63,215 nucleotides of DNA, filler included, from Chlamydiia bacterium (GCA_903848235.1; 11 parts of 11 records of this genome joined end to end with filler, not necessarily neighbours in it); one strand, 5' to 3'. Shown: positions 18,697-29,675, counted from the first letter of the whole stretch. Translations and numbers: made by a program. The notes: generated from the sequence alone by a model not told the origin.

Positions 18697-19213
18697 TCAA
18701 CGTATCAACCGTCTGCCGTGACGATGCCACATCATCGATGGTTGGGAAAAAGGAATCTCTGGCAAACAAAATGGTATTAATGATCATGAGAATCGTCATG
18801 TCGTCCGGAGGATTCGAAAAAACCGGATACCCATAACTGAAATAAACGGCATTTTCTATCTCAGAGAAATTCAAGGCCCCCAGCGGAAAGGACTTATTCG
18901 CAAGCGCTAAGAGCCGAAGTACCTCAGGCACTGTCTCTGATGGAATCTCAATTGGAACCGTCAGCAAAAAGCCTAACATCTGAAGATCAGTGCTCTCTGC
19001 AGGGCTCTCTTCATGCTCCTCTGCAAGAGCCGTCACAATTTTTTGTGAATATTGTTGCACCTGCAACGTCAGCGGACGGTTTTTTTCATCAAACCCAAGG
19101 CTTGTAATAGCAACATCAAACGGCAGCTCATCGGTTTTCTCACAAAAGATGACCTTAAGCCCAAGGCTCTCTAAAGACTTGATGACATCTTGAATTGGCG
19201 TTGGTGTTGTCAC
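18683..19213 (-). CDS. T3SS class I chaperone, YbjN/Mcsc(CT260)-like
   Basis: 176-aa acidic protein; VLRLLALANKSFPLGALNFSEIENAVYFSY...IINTILFARDSF..I..VASS pattern resembles chlamydial Mcsc. Confidence 0.7.
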   Translation of the reverse strand: MTTPTPIQDVIKSLESLGLKVIFCEKTDELPFDVAITSLGFDEKNRPLTLQVQQYSQKIVTALAEEHEESPAESTDLQMLGFLLTVPIEIPSETVPEVLRLLALANKSFPLGALNFSEIENAVYFSYGYPVFSNPPDDMTILMIINTILFARDSFFPTIDDVASSRQTVDTLIGEK

Positions 19214-19284
19214 AGCTCTTCCCCCTCTTCAGTTCGTGTCCTCAACGTATACGTAGTGATAAAAATTATCGAGCAATTTATTTA

Positions 19285-20201
19285 TTACGCCATCCACAAT
19301 AAGGAAGCCGCCTTCTTGAACAGGCTCACCAGGCAAGGAACTATTCCCACCCTTCGGAACGAGCCAAAAGTAGCGACTTCGAGTTTCTTCGCCCTGAGCG
19401 CTAGCTTCTTCTTGGCCTCCATCAATATCTGCTCTCTTGCCTGGTAAGAAGCCAGAGAATCGCTAACACTCGAAGAGAGAGAATCACCAACGGCCCTCGG
19501 CGAAGGAGCCAAAGAGGCCTCTTCATCCAAAATCTCCTTGGCTTTCTGGCATTTTCTGTCCAACTGAAGCAGCATAAATTTTCGATACCATTTCACACCC
19601 GCCTCTCCATGATCAAAACACTCCTGACGGAACCAGGAACGTATCGAATCATATGAGCAGCTCCCACGGATCTGGATTTTGTAGGGAACGATAGATCTGC
19701 CACCCTTAGTTCTCTCTGGATCAGAATCGGTCCCTGCCAGTTTGTACAAGATGTCATAGAACTTGCCGGAACTAAAGTTTTTAGTCTTGGAACTGCCGTT
19801 TTTAAACATCTGTGCTCCAAGATTGTAATCAACAACACGTTGAAGGAGTTGCGTCATCGTATCTGCTGATACGTTCTCAAAAAGTACAGGATAGGCATAG
19901 TCGTGCCTACTGTCTCTTTTTTCCTTTACCGCCTCAACATGAGCGTCACTTTTCGCTGGAGGAGAAGTGTTAAAATACGCGAGTGAAAATTTCGATTCCC
20001 CTGTTTTTCGAATTTCCAGAACAGCGATGTGTTTCTTTGGCGTGACAGGGACAATCAAAGATTGCCCAACTGGCAGGTCCATGACGGCGCGAGAAAGCTC
20101 TGAAACAACCTCTTTGGCATTGACCTCGATAGCCACGTCATTGACGGTCTCTTTCGCAAACAAGCCATTAAACAATTCTCTACAATGTTCAAAAAAGAGC
20201 A
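19285..20201 (-). CDS. Putative cysteine-protease-like effector, 5'-truncated by contig end
   Basis: H (KKHIAV), N (YFNT), Q-x2-G-S-C (QIRGSC) in CE-clan order; upstream of the chaperone-effector pair. Confidence 0.5.
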
Positions 20202-20301
20202 NNNNNNNNNNNNNNNNNNNNNNNNNNNNNNNNNNNNNNNNNNNNTTAATTAATTAANNNNNNNNNNNNNNNNNNNNNNNNNNNNNNNNNNNNNNNNNNN
20301 N

Positions 20302-21295
20302 CTCCTAAAAGTCGAACTAAGTCATTCCAGTCTGAGGCATCTTTTGTTGGGGGTAGGTTTCCAAAGTTAGGAGTGGCGACGATTATTCGAGAAGGAGAGA
20401 GCTTTTGAGCTTCGAGGGCGTGATTTAGGCCGGTGTTGGTGGAGAGATGCCGGTCGTTGTCAGCAAAGACAATAAGATTTGCCGAAGAAAAAAGTTCTAA
20501 TAGTGCCTCTGTCACAGCCACAAGATTTTCAGACGAGAACGCACACGCCACGGGGAAGCCAGTCAACTCCAGACAGGTCGCGGCTGTTGCATATCCCTCA
20601 GCCAAACCAATAACTCCAGCATTAGAGGACACAGAAGTTTCAGGTGGTCGTAGTAAGTGATATAATCCAACAGTCCGGCCTCCAGTCACCATTCTCTTGC
20701 TCCCATCCCCGTTAAGGATCTGATAGCTCCATAGCTTTCCAGCTGAATCCCGCATAGGGACAACCGCAACATTGCCATATTGAGGGGTAGATCGAAACCG
20801 TAGACCATAGGAGCCAACCTGTTTACGAACAAGGTAATCGGAAGTACCAGAGGTGGACGAGTTGATCCAGAACCCAAAAGTAGAACGAGCAGCTCTTTCA
20901 TGGCCGGCTAGAATGTCGTCAATGCTGCCAACAATCTCTAAACCCAACTCTTTTTTCTTCGGCAATTCTTGTTCTTTATCAGCAACACACCCTTTGTTTG
21001 AACTAGTTTCCCATTCCCCATAAGTCTTATAAGTACCTTTCTCAGATCCTATTCGATAGTTTGTTATCATTCCACACAGGCCATTTTCCATCTTAAAGGT
21101 TGAAGTTCTATACACACAATCGCCATCCCGATGACTTAATCTCTCTTTCCCTTGATTACTCATTCCCTCAATTACTGCATTACGGCATCTAATCCAGGCT
21201 TTTGAATTGACAAGAATTTCCTTTATTTCTAGCCCTTTTAGTTGTAGATAGTTTAAATGGGAAGATAGTTGTTCGTAGTAAGTTAGTGTTTTCAT
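20302..21295 (-). CDS. Toprim-domain DNA primase (phage/plasmid TraC-like), 3'-truncated
   Basis: YLVRKQV, VPMRD..GKLWSYQ, AEGYATA, FADND, SDWND motifs. Confidence 0.88.
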
Positions 21296-21389
21296 GGAAA
21301 CCTGTATTGAATCTTTTTATTCTGGCCTATTTCATTTTGGGCAATCTCCATTCCTTCAAAATTGACAATAATTTTGTTTATTTTTAGTT

Positions 21390-21573
21390 CTTGTAGAGTA
21401 CTCTACAAGCAAAAAACCCTTGCAGAGTTGCTGATACACTATTCTAAGAGGTTTTTTTCTCTTGCAGAGTTCTTTGCAGAGTTCGTGTGAGGGCATTCTG
21501 CAACCAATTTTCGTCTTGTAGAGTGCGCTATATTACGTAGTAATAGCGTTACTCTACAAAGAATGGTCTACAA
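21390..21573. repeat. Iteron-like cluster (YTTGYAGAGT, direct and inverted); probable replication origin
   Basis: Perfect palindrome CTTGTAGAGTACTCTACAAG at 21390-21409; further copies near 21419, 21461, 21474 and 21515; inverted copies near 21497, 21551 and 21567; lies between helicase and primase genes. Confidence 0.7.
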
Positions 21574-21609
21574 GAAAAGAATTATGCAAACTTGACCGTC
21601 TCGTAAACA

Positions 21610-22917
21610 TTAAATATAAAATTGCCATGAATTGTGAGGTCCTGCAATTTTTTCAGGAGCTGGCAATTCTTTTTGACACATTCCATCATCCACCATCTTC
21701 ATTAATATCTTTTTTGTATAATCAGTACTCTGACCGAGATTTTTAGATAGACGAGTACTACTATGCCTTAATCCTGGATCTTTTCTTAATTCGTTAATTA
21801 GGACTTCTTTATATTGTTCTTCATTATGTTCGTTTTTGACTCCAGATTTGTTTGCATCGCATAGTTCACCCCATGATACATATACACTTGAGCTTCCTTC
21901 CATTTTCTCCAGTCGAAACTCTTGCGTTTGCCAGGATTCACCGTCCTTCAATTTCGAACACACCATCTTAGAAGACTTTCCCGAATCTGCTCCTTGAATT
22001 TCGATAATACAATCACAAGACCCCCTCACTGCTCCACTCCCTCTTTCTGATGAACCTAGTTTGTTTGAGTGATGAACAAGTAAAACTGCACATTTTTGGC
22101 TGGCGGCTATGTCTCTGCACTTATGTAAGACCTTCCCCATATCCCGGGATGAGTTTTCTTCAGCTTCTAAAATAGCGGTATGCATAGTATCGATAACAAT
22201 GAGATCAGGAGATGTTAATTTGTTATCTTTTATTCCATTCTCTAGCTCTTTTTTAAACACATCAATCGACTCTCCATTATCTAGATAAAGCTGTGGAATC
22301 TTTGGGAAAAAAGTTAAGTTAGGCAAATCGTCAAGTTCGTAATGTTTTACAGCAGCCTCAAAACGTGCTGGCAATCCACTTACACCCTCACCGGCGCAGT
22401 AAAAAACATTTATTGGACGTTTTTTTATATCAAATCGATTAGCCCATTTACTTCCCTTGTATGAGGAGACAATCATATCTATTGAAATAAACGTTTTACC
22501 ACTTCCGGACGCTCCATAGAGCATGCAGAGATCTCCAATTCCGAAGAATCTATCGATAATCCACTCTTTTGGTGGGAGTTGTAACAGGGTCTTGTATGAC
22601 ATAGGGGTAAATACATTTGATTTTTCCTCGACGATTAGCATTGAATCATTGACAGTAGCTGTTTTCTTCTCCACGTCCCTTCCATCAACTCGACTTACAG
22701 AGAAGGTGCGTTTATCTGCTTCAGAGCTTTTGACGTCACCAGTGGCAAATTTGATGCCTTCTTGAGGCGCTGGCATGTGATCTTTGAGGATGGTTTGTCT
22801 ATTCTCCTCCAATACCTCCTTTAGACGATCTTCCAGAACTTTTCGCTCTGGATCCTCACAGTCAAAAAGTTGATTGTCAGGTTGTGGATATTCTGGATCT
22901 GTGCTAGAATTCGTCAT
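21610..22917 (-). CDS. AAA_25/RepA-like replicative helicase
   Basis: Walker A GASGSGKT, AGEG, Walker B IVIDT, LLVHH..K, RGSGA, KLKDG. Confidence 0.9.
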   Translation of the reverse strand: MTNSSTDPEYPQPDNQLFDCEDPERKVLEDRLKEVLEENRQTILKDHMPAPQEGIKFATGDVKSSEADKRTFSVSRVDGRDVEKKTATVNDSMLIVEEKSNVFTPMSYKTLLQLPPKEWIIDRFFGIGDLCMLYGASGSGKTFISIDMIVSSYKGSKWANRFDIKKRPINVFYCAGEGVSGLPARFEAAVKHYELDDLPNLTFFPKIPQLYLDNGESIDVFKKELENGIKDNKLTSPDLIVIDTMHTAILEAEENSSRDMGKVLHKCRDIAASQKCAVLLVHHSNKLGSSERGSGAVRGSCDCIIEIQGADSGKSSKMVCSKLKDGESWQTQEFRLEKMEGSSSVYVSWGELCDANKSGVKNEHNEEQYKEVLINELRKDPGLRHSSTRLSKNLGQSTDYTKKILMKMVDDGMCQKELPAPEKIAGPHNSWQFYI

Positions 22918-23005
22918 ATATGTGTCCTTTTGTTGAGGGAGTGGTTTGTATGGCTCCCTCAGTTTTCTTGTTCATAATCTACTTGATCTTCTCTTTCTTC
23001 ATAAT

Positions 23006-23218
23006 CTAAGCAGTCCTCTCATCATCAAGTTCTTGCTGCATCTTTATCAATGTTAGTACTTGCCTATACTCCCTGGCGATTCTCTCCGCTCTCATCAACA
23101 GAATATCTCTCTCAAGACTTCCTTCAGGGCTGGACTGCATCCTATTTGTCATTTCGTCATGGTCTCTGAATAATTTGTCCCTCTTAGACTCCAGGGAGAG
23201 GTATTTAAATTTCATCTT
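23006..23218 (-). CDS. Small hypothetical coiled-coil protein of the mobile element
   Basis: ORF 23006-23260; likely start near MKFKY, overlapping the end of the HTH gene. Confidence 0.5.
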   Translation of the reverse strand, partial: KMKFKYLSLESKRDKLFRDHDEMTNRMQSSPEGSLERDILLMRAERIAREYRQVLTLIKMQQELDDERTA

Positions 23219-23483
23219 TCGCTCCATAGTACCTACCCTCCAACCACTCCAATACATCACTCTTTTGATAAATTATCCTCCCAGGCGACATCTGGATAAA
23301 TTTTGGGCCAGTTCCCTTAGTCCTCCAGTACGTCAGGGTAGAACGATCAGAGACAATGCCAAGGGCAAAGACATCAGAGGTTGATAAAATGTCTTTATTA
23401 GGAAGTTTGTTGATAATGGACTGGATATAGGAAGGAATGGGCTTAGAACTTGATGAAAGGGGCTTTTTTTGTGTCTCGACCAT
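23205..23483 (-). CDS. AlpA/excisionase-like HTH DNA-binding protein
   Basis: RSTLTYWRTKGTGPKFIQMSPGRIIYQKSDVLEWLE is a typical MerR/Xis-like HTH_17 signature. Confidence 0.85.
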   Translation of the reverse strand: MVETQKKPLSSSSKPIPSYIQSIINKLPNKDILSTSDVFALGIVSDRSTLTYWRTKGTGPKFIQMSPGRIIYQKSDVLEWLEGRYYGAKDEI

Positions 23484-24666
23484 ATCATTCTCTCACTTTT
23501 TTTGTGTTGTGAGGTTAGGAGACTCTAAAGGCTCTCTAGGAAAGTTTTTTTCCTATGAAGATTCTCTAAAATTTCCAGATCAGATATGATCAAGTAAGAA
23601 GCCCCGGTTGCGACACCAAGACCTTTGTAAGCTCACTCGACGCTGATAACGCTGAGTGGGCTCTCTTATTTTGATCAATTTCAGATCTACCCACATACTA
23701 CATTATTCATAAACTTTCACACACACCTTTTCCTCATTTCGCTCACCCTACCATTAAAAATATTTATTGTCACTAATTTCTATCTACAAGCATTTCTCGC
23801 AGCTGATTCATTGATATAATGATATTGCAATACAACAGTATCGCTGTACTTCAGTAATACACCACAGTGTAGCCAAGGTGGCTTTGGGGGTCTTTGGGAC
23901 TATTCAGGAAGCATCTATTATATGATAAATGGCATGCGATAGGTGTTTGATAAACAGCCTTAATTGCCAAAGGTCTCTACCCTCAATTTCAGCGGCTCGA
24001 ACGTTAACCAGGTCGGCTCAATCACCCCTTCATCTCTTTCATGCTTGTAAAGACTTAATGCTTGCAGAGTTCCTTTCATAGTTACTGATATTACAGCTAG
24101 GGGTTGATATTGGGTTGTTATAAGAGTTGACAGATTGTTAAGGGATTAGTTTAAGGGGCTATAAAATCAATACTTCAATCAAATAAAGATTACGACTTGC
24201 CGAAGAAAAAGTTCAGGCTAGGGGGTCAGTGGCAGTATTAGCCAGGGGCAGAAGACATCCAGCCCCAACAGGTTCAACAGACATCAGCAATAAGAATGTC
24301 CTAAAAAAACCTCAAGGTCAGATATCCCAGGCCATGGCACTAGCCCTCTAGGAGCCCCCAAACTCTTCACCAGACGCCCTAGGATCGACGATCTTTTATT
24401 GAGGGCATATGTCCATTCAAAATGATTTTTGACTCAATACAAGGCAAATTTAGGGGGTATTTAAAAAATAGAGTTGTCAATTTGAGGGATTTGTGGAAAG
24501 AGGGCTGGCCAGGGGGTCGACTATTCCAGGCCATTGCCCACTCTTGACCTTCCCAACTCAAAATTANNNNNNNNNNNNNNNNNNNNNNNNNNNNNNNNNN
24601 NNNNNNNNNNTTAATTAATTAANNNNNNNNNNNNNNNNNNNNNNNNNNNNNNNNNNNNNNNNNNNN

Positions 24667-25122
24667 AGGGCCTTCGCTGGTGACAAGGCCGATGCTATAG
24701 CAGTCGGCGTTGGGAAAGGGAACGAGGACGACATTGTTAAAAGCACTGGCATCATGTGAGGTGAGAGCATTGATGAGGTCATGTGTCGTTGAGTAGATAC
24801 TGCCGATCAGAGGGATCTTATGGATCACAGCATCGCTGAGTGTAGCGAGGGGGCGCAGCAGATAGTGACGCCCTAGAGTGCCGATGATGATGACAGAGAT
24901 GATAAGTTCGACCATCGCCACCAGTTGACTGACATGAAGGAGGACGGCATCGGCGTTCATAAAGAGAAAAGGCTTTTCCTGAAGGCCTGCTGCGCGAAGC
25001 ATCGTTTCAGTGATGCCGATGCACGGCCCTGTAAGCCATTGGATGAGGGCGCCGAGAATCCAGAGTGTCAAAAAAAGGGGTAGGAGTATGACAAGCCCTG
25101 TTATCACATGCTTTTTTATCAT
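24667..25122 (-). CDS. DUF502 family membrane protein, paralog 2 (3'-truncated)
   Basis: ITGLVILLP..TLWI, HKIPLIGSIY, VVLVPFP; paralog of 25119-25802. Confidence 0.88.
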
Positions 25123-25802
25123 GTATGCAGCTCCGCATCCGGAGAAGGGGGATTCGTCTCATCGGTGATAGCAGGTGTTGATGAAAAGGAGGTATTGGTG
25201 ATGAGAACGCCGCAGGAGATGATATAGCGAAAGGCTTCTTCGACGGTCATATCAAGAGGGGTGACCTTCGAGCGGTCGAACATGATGAGATATCCAGAGG
25301 TGGGGTTTGGCGTGGTAGGCACAAAGACTGGGATGAGATGCGGTGCTGCGGGCCCTTCGCGGGTGACGAGGCCGATGCTCAGGCAGTCAGCGTTAGGAAA
25401 GGGAACGAGGACGACCTGCTTAAACGCTCTGTTGTCAGTAGTAAGGAGTGTTTGGATGAGCTCTTGTGATGTCTTGTAGACGCTGCTGATGACGGGGATC
25501 TTATGGAGAACAGCATCGCTGAGGCGAATCAGATAGCGGAAGAAAAAATGCCGTCCTATGGCACCGATGAGGATGATAAAACTAAGGAGAGCAGCAAGGA
25601 CGAGCAGCTGGCTGAGGCCGAGGAGCACGTTTTCAGCGCTGATAAAGAGAATCGGCGTTCCTATGAGGCCTACAGCAGAGAGAATCCGCTCTGCGATGCC
25701 AACAAAAGGCTCTGTGAGCCAGTGTATCAGCGAGCTGATGATCCACAATGTCAGAGCGAGAGGTAGGAGCATGACAAGCCCTGTCATCACATACTTTTTC
25801 AT
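25119..25802 (-). CDS. DUF502 family membrane protein
   Basis: TGLVMLLPLALTLWI, IPVISSVY, VFVPTTPNPTSG, MTVEEAFRYIISCG. Confidence 0.92.
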   Translation of the reverse strand: MKKYVMTGLVMLLPLALTLWIISSLIHWLTEPFVGIAERILSAVGLIGTPILFISAENVLLGLSQLLVLAALLSFIILIGAIGRHFFFRYLIRLSDAVLHKIPVISSVYKTSQELIQTLLTTDNRAFKQVVLVPFPNADCLSIGLVTREGPAAPHLIPVFVPTTPNPTSGYLIMFDRSKVTPLDMTVEEAFRYIISCGVLITNTSFSSTPAITDETNPPSPDAELHT

Positions 25803-28036
25803 TTCTTCACCCTTCGGCGCTTATGTTTTTTAGGCGTTGGCAGCTTTTTGGTGTCCGACTCTTCTCTTCCTATCATCTTCCACGATGCTTCTTGCATGAT
25901 GATGTCAACACCTTCGCAGGAGACGATGATATGGTCTCCTGAGTGATAGGTGATGCCAGTATCACTTCCCCAGAGCTGTGAGCGGGAGTCATCATAGAGA
26001 AAGTAGTCATCTTCGAGTGCTGAGACATGGAGAAACCCTTCTACCATGACATCGACGATGTCAAAGAAGATGCCAAACGGCTTTACCCTGGTGATGATAG
26101 CCCGAAAGCTCTTGTGAGGCGACTGCTGAAGCATCTGATGGATATATCTGAGTTTTTTTATTGCAATCAGCGAGCCTTCGGCGCGAGCGCTGATACGCTC
26201 TTTTTCCGACGCATCTTGGCAGATCTTTGCAAGCGTCTCTTTGTCAGGGCCGTTTTCGAGGAGCAGGCGGTGGATGATAACGTCGATATATCGACGGATA
26301 GGGCTGGTAAAATGGCAGTAGTGTTCGAGGCTTAAGCCGTAGTGGCCGATGTTATCGGGGGAGTAGCAGGCAAGGCGCATGCTCTTGATATAGCAAATAG
26401 CAAGGTAGCTGGCATGCACAGAGCCTTCTAGCTCCAGGAAAAACCGTTGTATATCATGAGGCTCTGGCACTGGTGGAAGCTCATAGCCGAAGGCAGCGAC
26501 GAGAGTAGAGAAGTCGCGTAGCGACTCTTCTGCGGGCTCTTCGTGGACTCTGTAGGAGACTTCTTTGCCAAGGCGTCCTAGGTGGATAGCGACGATCTCA
26601 TTGGCCTTGAGCATAAACTCTTCGACCATCTGGTGGGTGATGTCGTAGTCGACGAGCTCCATGCCGGTGGGCTTGCCATCGGTATCGACTTTGATGATGA
26701 GCTCTGGGACATACAGCTGCACGCTTCCCCGTTCGCTGCGTCGTATTTTGAGCAGCTCGCAGACGCGAACCATATTTCTGAGGAGCGGCTCGTGGGGGCT
26801 TGTAGCCTTTCCGTCGAGAATTGTTTTGACTTGCTTATAGGTAAATCGCTTTTTGCTTTTTATAACGCTTCTGACGATCTCCCAGCCTGTTGTCTCACCG
26901 GTTTCTGAGATATTGAAAAAGACAGAGACAGCAAGGCGGCTGACATTTGGCTTCAGTGAGCAGAGGTTTTCCGACAGCTCTTTGGGGAGCATGGGGATGC
27001 AGGTGTTGGGAAAGTAGGTGGAGTTACAGCGGAGGGCAGCTTCTATGTCTAGAGCGCTATTCTCACGGACGTAGTGGGTGACATCGGCGATATGAACGCC
27101 GATACGATAGGTGGTTCCCACCACTTCGAGGGAGATAGCATCGTCGAAGTCTTTCGCGGTATCTGGGTCGATGGTCACGCATTCGAGATCCCGTAAGTCG
27201 ACCCGTCCTTTGAGGTCTGACGGCCGCACGCGGGTGCCGAATGTCATTGCCTCTTCTACGGCAGCTGTTGGGAACTCATGGCGTATGCCGCTATCGAGGA
27301 TGACGAATGGGAGGTCTACGGCAGGGTCTTTGACATTACCCAGGACCTTAGCGATAGAGCATGAGGTAGGTTCTTTCTTCGGTCCCCAGGCGATGACGTC
27401 GATGGCGACGCGATCTCCTTTTTTGACAGGTACTGCTGGGTTGAGATTGCATTCTATAGGATGCATCTCGCCGAGGAGTGAGGAGTAGATAGTAGCGGAG
27501 GTGTGCGAACACTCGACAACCGTTCCTAGAACCTGTTTGCGTTTTCGTTCGACGACAGCGACGACCTTTCCTTCTGGTCCTTTTTCTGAAAATGTCGTGA
27601 GGTTTGTGATGACGTCGACGGTATCGCCGTCGACAGCGCCGCTGATCATCATTTTGGGGATGAAGATATCCTGCTGAGGGGATGGCTGGTTGACAAATCC
27701 AAACCCTCTGGGGTGAACGGAGATTGTCCCTCGGATGATAGACTCACCCTTGGCGAGGGGGATTGCCTTGGTCTCTGCAATAGGGAGATATTTCTCATCT
27801 ACCACGTGGATCTTCCCTTCTGTTTTCAGGGAGTGGAGAACACCTTCGAAGATCTCGAGGTGATCTGGATGAATATTCAAACGTTCAATGAGTGAGCATT
27901 TTGTTTGTGGTGCGTAGTGGCGGCCTTTGATGAACTCGTACGTTGTTTTGAAGAGATTGTCAAAAAGGCGCTTTTCTCGCGATGAGGACTGGGGGGGATT
28001 TTTTTTCTTGGACATGAACCTATATTCTTTTTTCAT
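25799..28036 (-). CDS. rnr: Ribonuclease R
   Basis: Cold-shock domains (HPRGFGFV), RNB motifs TIDPDTAKDFDDAIS, VEEFMLKAN, HFTSPIRRY, S1 domain and basic tail. Confidence 0.95.
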   Translation of the reverse strand: MKKEYRFMSKKKNPPQSSSREKRLFDNLFKTTYEFIKGRHYAPQTKCSLIERLNIHPDHLEIFEGVLHSLKTEGKIHVVDEKYLPIAETKAIPLAKGESIIRGTISVHPRGFGFVNQPSPQQDIFIPKMMISGAVDGDTVDVITNLTTFSEKGPEGKVVAVVERKRKQVLGTVVECSHTSATIYSSLLGEMHPIECNLNPAVPVKKGDRVAIDVIAWGPKKEPTSCSIAKVLGNVKDPAVDLPFVILDSGIRHEFPTAAVEEAMTFGTRVRPSDLKGRVDLRDLECVTIDPDTAKDFDDAISLEVVGTTYRIGVHIADVTHYVRENSALDIEAALRCNSTYFPNTCIPMLPKELSENLCSLKPNVSRLAVSVFFNISETGETTGWEIVRSVIKSKKRFTYKQVKTILDGKATSPHEPLLRNMVRVCELLKIRRSERGSVQLYVPELIIKVDTDGKPTGMELVDYDITHQMVEEFMLKANEIVAIHLGRLGKEVSYRVHEEPAEESLRDFSTLVAAFGYELPPVPEPHDIQRFFLELEGSVHASYLAICYIKSMRLACYSPDNIGHYGLSLEHYCHFTSPIRRYIDVIIHRLLLENGPDKETLAKICQDASEKERISARAEGSLIAIKKLRYIHQMLQQSPHKSFRAIITRVKPFGIFFDIVDVMVEGFLHVSALEDDYFLYDDSRSQLWGSDTGITYHSGDHIIVSCEGVDIIMQEASWKMIGREESDTKKLPTPKKHKRRRVKK

Positions 28037-28206
28037 AAAACAACTTCATTATACACATATGGACTCTTGATAAACAGAGAATATTTCCATTATAGATCCA
28101 GCAAGCCATTCGTGGCGTTTGGATGAATAGAGCAAAAAAATGGGCGGCAATCCACAACAGTCCCGACGTTACGGAGGGGGTGGGGTGGATTCGGATCTGT
28201 TAAGGA

Positions 28207-29631
28207 TTAGTCGACGTCTTCTATGCTTTTGGGTTTATCGTCTCCAGTTCCTTGAACGCCTGGAGGGGATGTAGCTTCTTCTTCTTTTTCTTCTTCTTCT
28301 GTAACCGATTCGATTATCGGGGGTGCTTTTGGGTCGGGAAGACCTAGGTCCAATGAATCTATCGTAACCGCCCTAACCGCAGCTGAAAAAACGGTGGTTT
28401 TAAGGAACTGTATGGCCTTCACTGCTTCGAATTTAGATATTTCTTTCTGGTCTCGGAGTATTGGTATTACCATCGGCAAACTTGCGCCAGATAGGGCTTG
28501 TTGTGCTTCAAAGTAATCAATGATTTTCGAAACAGCAGCAATGTGCTGGTCAAGTGACGGAGTACGATTGCTGAGTGTCATAGCTTCCTGTCGCCATTCA
28601 TATAGGCTTCTCTGAAGCTCTTGTAGGGTAGGGGGCGTTGAAAATACGGATTTTAACTCATCAATTTTTTGTTTGTTAACATCGGTTGGATGTGCGAGTG
28701 GTTTAGTGACTTCACGTCGTTGAGGAGGTTTTGAAGCTTGGACTTTCGTTCTGATATGATGACGAAAAGCATAGTCGCGTTGCCTCAGCTGTTCTCTTGT
28801 CGTAGGGTTCCATGGTTTGAGTGGTGCCGGTGGTGATGTGGCAGATGCTAGGCCTGCAGATAATGCCTCTCGGCCGACCCTCTCTTCGCGAAAAGCGCGA
28901 ATGCTGCGCATGGGGTCGGGGTGGGGTGTCTTCCTGACTGCATCGGGGGCTGCTTGAAGAAATTCTTTGGTAACTTCTTCGGCAGTGGTGTTTGCACGGT
29001 CGGTTAGTTCTTTTGAAAGAGGCATCACCATTTGACCTGATGCGGTAAATCGATCGAGCAATGGCTTATGTTTTGCTATTCTAGCCCCTTCTGGATCAGA
29101 AGCTGGGGCGCTTGCTATGGCTTTCAGATTGTCAACAATTTTCTTAATCGTGTCTTGAGTCAATGCTTCGCCTGGATTTGCCACAATAATAATTCGATCT
29201 TTCAGAAGCAAAACTTCATGCTCCAAGATGGTAGTTCTGTTTTCGTCGTGGTATACTGGTTCAAATCCAGCCATAGCAACGGCGTCGTCCACGTGTTTAT
29301 GAATCTGAGATAATGTGTACTCCTCGAATGCAATGTATTCGGCACTTCTCCCTTGGGATTCAGCATTAACTTTTGCCTCCTCAATACCATTACAAAATGA
29401 GTCGGGGAGAAGGCGTTGAGATAATACTGCCTCTTCCTCGCCTTCACTGAATAATGGTATATCTTCCTCGGCGGCATGATCGAGGGGAGGGAGTGTGTCG
29501 GCTTGGTGAGAGAGTCCCGTCGCTGAAAAGACATCTACTGTTGCCTGAACTTCGGGAGATAGTTTTGCGGCAGCGGCTGCATGAAAATCCTGTTCTGAGA
29601 TTCCTTCTGCTGCTCTTGGTGTTTCTTCCAT
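28207..29631 (-). CDS. Putative secreted effector, hypothetical
   Basis: 474 aa, acidic/Pro-rich; shares a helical domain with 6220-8190 and 30144-30646. Confidence 0.65.
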   Translation of the reverse strand: MEETPRAAEGISEQDFHAAAAAKLSPEVQATVDVFSATGLSHQADTLPPLDHAAEEDIPLFSEGEEEAVLSQRLLPDSFCNGIEEAKVNAESQGRSAEYIAFEEYTLSQIHKHVDDAVAMAGFEPVYHDENRTTILEHEVLLLKDRIIIVANPGEALTQDTIKKIVDNLKAIASAPASDPEGARIAKHKPLLDRFTASGQMVMPLSKELTDRANTTAEEVTKEFLQAAPDAVRKTPHPDPMRSIRAFREERVGREALSAGLASATSPPAPLKPWNPTTREQLRQRDYAFRHHIRTKVQASKPPQRREVTKPLAHPTDVNKQKIDELKSVFSTPPTLQELQRSLYEWRQEAMTLSNRTPSLDQHIAAVSKIIDYFEAQQALSGASLPMVIPILRDQKEISKFEAVKAIQFLKTTVFSAAVRAVTIDSLDLGLPDPKAPPIIESVTEEEEKEEEATSPPGVQGTGDDKPKSIEDVD

Positions 29632-29675
29632 CTCGTATTCTCCTTAAGTATTTTAAGGGGCGCCAGTCATTGAAA

